From: a virus
Lineage: Duplodnaviria; Heunggongvirae; Uroviricota; Caudoviricetes
Reading direction: 5' to 3' (one strand)
IMG/VR virus record: IMGVR_UViG_2778261313_000003
Coordinates: 1 to 9,379 of that record
DNA: 9,379 nucleotides
Shown piece after piece: positions 7,068 to 9,379 of the stretch. The notes beneath the pieces are model-generated. The model was given only the letters and a program-made list of their open reading frames with translations, did no database searches and was not told the DNA's origin. The first letter of the stretch is position 1; each line of letters opens with the position of its first letter. Made by a program: the position numbers and the translations under genes.

Positions 7068-9052
7068 TACCCCACCCTCACCTGATTACTTCGCATGACC
7101 TGAGCATTTGCAGACTGTTGCCGACGTGCAACCTCATTACCGACAGCGTGCGGATCTCCGCCACCGTAAATATGGTAGGTATTTTGCTGGTTAACCTCTG
7201 TCACTTTGCCACTAATTCCCGCCACGGCAGCCTTATTAATCAGCTCTCGAGAATAGATATTTCTTCCATTCTCATGCTGGATAATGCTGCTCATCAATGC
7301 TGACATGGTTTGCGGATCGCTCATATTCAGGGCAGCCCGGGGATCCACTCCCAGTCGTTGCGATACAGCCCTGATATACGCGGTTGTGTTGTTATTATCA
7401 GACGCAGGTGCCCAGGTAGAGATAATTTTCTCCACACTGTTTATTCCCCGTCCGGCGTACAGCATTAACTGACGAGCAAGAGCCCGTAATCCATCAAAAG
7501 CGGTTTCAAATCTGGCAAATCGCCCGCCCGGTCGTTCAAGAGAAGCCCCCGCCTGACCAGCAAAATTAAGGTTTCCCGGATTGTTATTCCGTTCTCCTCG
7601 CTTCGTAGCCTGTGCATGTTGTTCCGGCTCAGCACCTGGAATATCTGACTGAATATTTGCGCCTTTTACGGTATGAGGATTACGACCAAAATCGGTATCA
7701 ATGCCAAGCCAGCGCAATGAATCTCCAATATTTTGTTTCGTGTAATCCCAGGATGACTTCGCACTGGCACCAATATTTTCGCGATCGGAGTACAAATAAG
7801 CAGCATAAGCCATCCAGCCTTTTAACCATGGCGGTACCGGCAAACCAGATATTTTCCCGAAAGCCCCCAGAACCCTGGATACCCAAACACCCGCGATGAA
7901 TGTACCGAGGATTTCCAGTGCATTTTGCCAGCCGCCAACACCATCTTTTAGTTCCAGAAGGTGATCACGAAGCCAGGTGATCGCATCCTTCGCTTTATCT
8001 ATTGCCGGTTGCCATTTTTCCCAGTCGATAAGACTGTTACCGCCTTCTTTCCATGTTTTGTAGTCTTCCCACAAGAGACCGAGAGCCACGATCAGACCGG
8101 TAATCAGCCCTATAGGTGACATCCAGAAAGTAGAGTTAAGTATCCGCATGGCGACAACCAGACCGCCGATAACCTCTATCAGGGTTTTCGTTTCGGCATC
8201 CAGTTTCCCCCACCACTCGATGATATCTCCGACACCATCGACTATCCGAAATGCTACCCGCCCGACTATCTCACCCAGCCAGAGGATCCCCTTTATGACC
8301 TTTGTGATGGTGACTTCAATTTTGGGAAAATTTTCAATTATCTTTTTGCGCAGGTTATCAATCTGCCCCGCCAGTCCGTCCGCAAGATTCGATCCGATTT
8401 TGTCCCGCGCCATCCCGGCCATTTCACCGAGCGATTTCAGCGAGGTCATAAACCGGTTTGACGATAAGGCAGCCTGATCGGCATTAAATCCGATCGCTTT
8501 CACCATTTCTGAATACTGAGCGCTGAACTGCCCCACTCCGCGACGCATAGCCATCAGGGTATTTTCGTCAATGCCCAGCATCTGCGCATACTGGTTAGCC
8601 CGGTAATACGGCATGCTGCTGAGTTTCTGTCCAACGCCCGTAAAGATAGCAGCCATGTCACGCATGTTACCGCGGGCATCACGGGTCTGTACGCCCAGGC
8701 GATTCAGAAAGCCTTCTGCTCCGGGATTGTTACGAATAAACCGGGAGAGGCTTTCCAGAGAAGATCGCGCAGCGTCCACACTGCCGCCAACCTGCGAAAC
8801 CGCATAGCCAATAGACTGAATTCCCTGGACCGTCGCGCCGGTGCGCTGTGACGCCCAGTAAAGATTATCCAGGCCGGAGGCGATCTTAGCCGTGAAGGCC
8901 ACCACGGACAGCGCAGCTCCTTCAACAGCCAGCCCCATTTTGATGACATTTGCAGTTGTACCGGCGAGGACAGAACCGAACTTTTTCGCTCCTGCATCAT
9001 CCACACTGAAGCCAAGCGAGACGAGGAAATCTTTAATAGTTTCAGCGTTCAT
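7067..9052 (-). CDS. phage tail tape measure protein
   Basis: Long ORF (661 aa from the ATG at 9050..9052, which has GGAG 8 nt upstream; the track's TTG start at 9073 adds 7 codons). Helical, Ala/Gly-rich N-terminal half, a central hydrophobic stretch (LIEVIGGLVVAMRILNSTFWMSPIGLITGLIVALGLLW) and a C-terminal segment containing NNPGNL ... WAP ... HENG. It sits at the head of the baseplate gene block. Confidence 0.75.
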   Translation of the reverse strand: MNAETIKDFLVSLGFSVDDAGAKKFGSVLAGTTANVIKMGLAVEGAALSVVAFTAKIASGLDNLYWASQRTGATVQGIQSIGYAVSQVGGSVDAARSSLESLSRFIRNNPGAEGFLNRLGVQTRDARGNMRDMAAIFTGVGQKLSSMPYYRANQYAQMLGIDENTLMAMRRGVGQFSAQYSEMVKAIGFNADQAALSSNRFMTSLKSLGEMAGMARDKIGSNLADGLAGQIDNLRKKIIENFPKIEVTITKVIKGILWLGEIVGRVAFRIVDGVGDIIEWWGKLDAETKTLIEVIGGLVVAMRILNSTFWMSPIGLITGLIVALGLLWEDYKTWKEGGNSLIDWEKWQPAIDKAKDAITWLRDHLLELKDGVGGWQNALEILGTFIAGVWVSRVLGAFGKISGLPVPPWLKGWMAYAAYLYSDRENIGASAKSSWDYTKQNIGDSLRWLGIDTDFGRNPHTVKGANIQSDIPGAEPEQHAQATKRGERNNNPGNLNFAGQAGASLERPGGRFARFETAFDGLRALARQLMLYAGRGINSVEKIISTWAPASDNNNTTAYIRAVSQRLGVDPRAALNMSDPQTMSALMSSIIQHENGRNIYSRELINKAAVAGISGKVTEVNQQNTYHIYGGGDPHAVGNEVARRQQSANAQVMRSNQVRVG

Positions 9053-9142
9053 TATCCTCTCTCCATTTCTCAATGCGCCGCTGGTTATCCGCTTTTACCG
9101 CCAGATGGTCATTCAAGAGAGCAATGTCATACAAATCGACAG
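9042..9142 (-). pseudogene. 3' remnant of the gene upstream of the tape measure gene, severed by the IS insertion (possibly tail assembly chaperone)
   Basis: Only one minus-strand frame is open from the IS boundary (9142) to a TGA at 9042..9044 (VDLYDIALLNDHLAVKADNQRRIEKWREDNER*), ending 11 nt inside the tape measure gene. The other two frames stop within 5 to 10 codons. The frame has no start codon in the window. Confidence 0.3.
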
Positions 9143-9379
9143 TGTAGATTCAATCTGTCAATGCAACACCCCTTTCAATTATCTCTTTCGGTGTTTTGAA
9201 CTTCAGTGTCTTTCTCGGTCTGTTGTTTAGCTGAGCAGCAACCAGATCTAGTTCATGTTGAGTATATTGGGCAAGACATGTCTTTTTAGGAAAGTACTGC
9301 CGAATTAGCCCATTTGTGTTCTCATTTGTTCCCCGCTGCCAAGGACTCTGAGGATCGCAGAAGTAAACTTTAACGCCGG
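9143..9379 (-). mobile_element. IS30-family insertion sequence, right end (element continues beyond window)
   Basis: The terminal sequence TGTAGATTCAATCTGTCAATGCAAC begins at 9143. The adjacent minus-strand frame encodes a transposase C-terminus carrying the IS30-family signature around the catalytic Glu (PWQRGTNENTNGLIRQYFPK). Confidence 0.8.
9150..9379 (-). CDS. IS30-family transposase, C-terminal 75 codons (5' part outside window)
   Basis: Minus-strand translation ...VKVYFCDPQSPWQRGTNENTNGLIRQYFPKKTCLAQYTQHELDLVAAQLNNRPRKTLKFKTPKEIIERGVALTD*, with the stop at 9150..9152 inside the terminal inverted repeat. Confidence 0.8.
   Translation of the reverse strand, partial: GVKVYFCDPQSPWQRGTNENTNGLIRQYFPKKTCLAQYTQHELDLVAAQLNNRPRKTLKFKTPKEIIERGVALTD

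Noticed and set aside
7067-9073. TTG at 9071..9073 as the tape measure start
   Set aside because: The in-frame ATG 7 codons downstream (9050..9052) has a well-spaced GGAG and is the more likely initiation codon. The difference is minor and unverified.
1-9379. CRISPR arrays, tRNA or rRNA genes
   Set aside because: No regularly spaced direct repeats and no non-coding gap large enough were seen. The sequence is almost entirely covered by minus-strand coding regions.

Overview
All supportable genes lie on the minus strand and form a phage (probably prophage) tail/baseplate module, read right to left: tape measure protein, two small tail proteins, putative baseplate hub, small secreted protein, an inserted two-gene cassette, central spike (V-like), W-position protein, baseplate J, I-position protein, and a tail fiber gene that runs off the window start. 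The right edge (9143..9379) is the end of an IS30-family insertion sequence, which appears to have cut the gene immediately upstream of the tape measure gene. The most interesting element is the AT-rich two-gene operon at 3460..4619: a 243-aa protein with two CxxC motifs followed by a 142-aa HEPN-like protein, with its own leader and intrinsic terminator, wedged between the hub and spike genes. I read it as a candidate phage-borne toxin-antitoxin or abortive-infection-type defence moron with a non-canonical HEPN partner. No rRNA, tRNA or CRISPR array was seen. All protein family calls come from reading the translations by eye; no database search was run.
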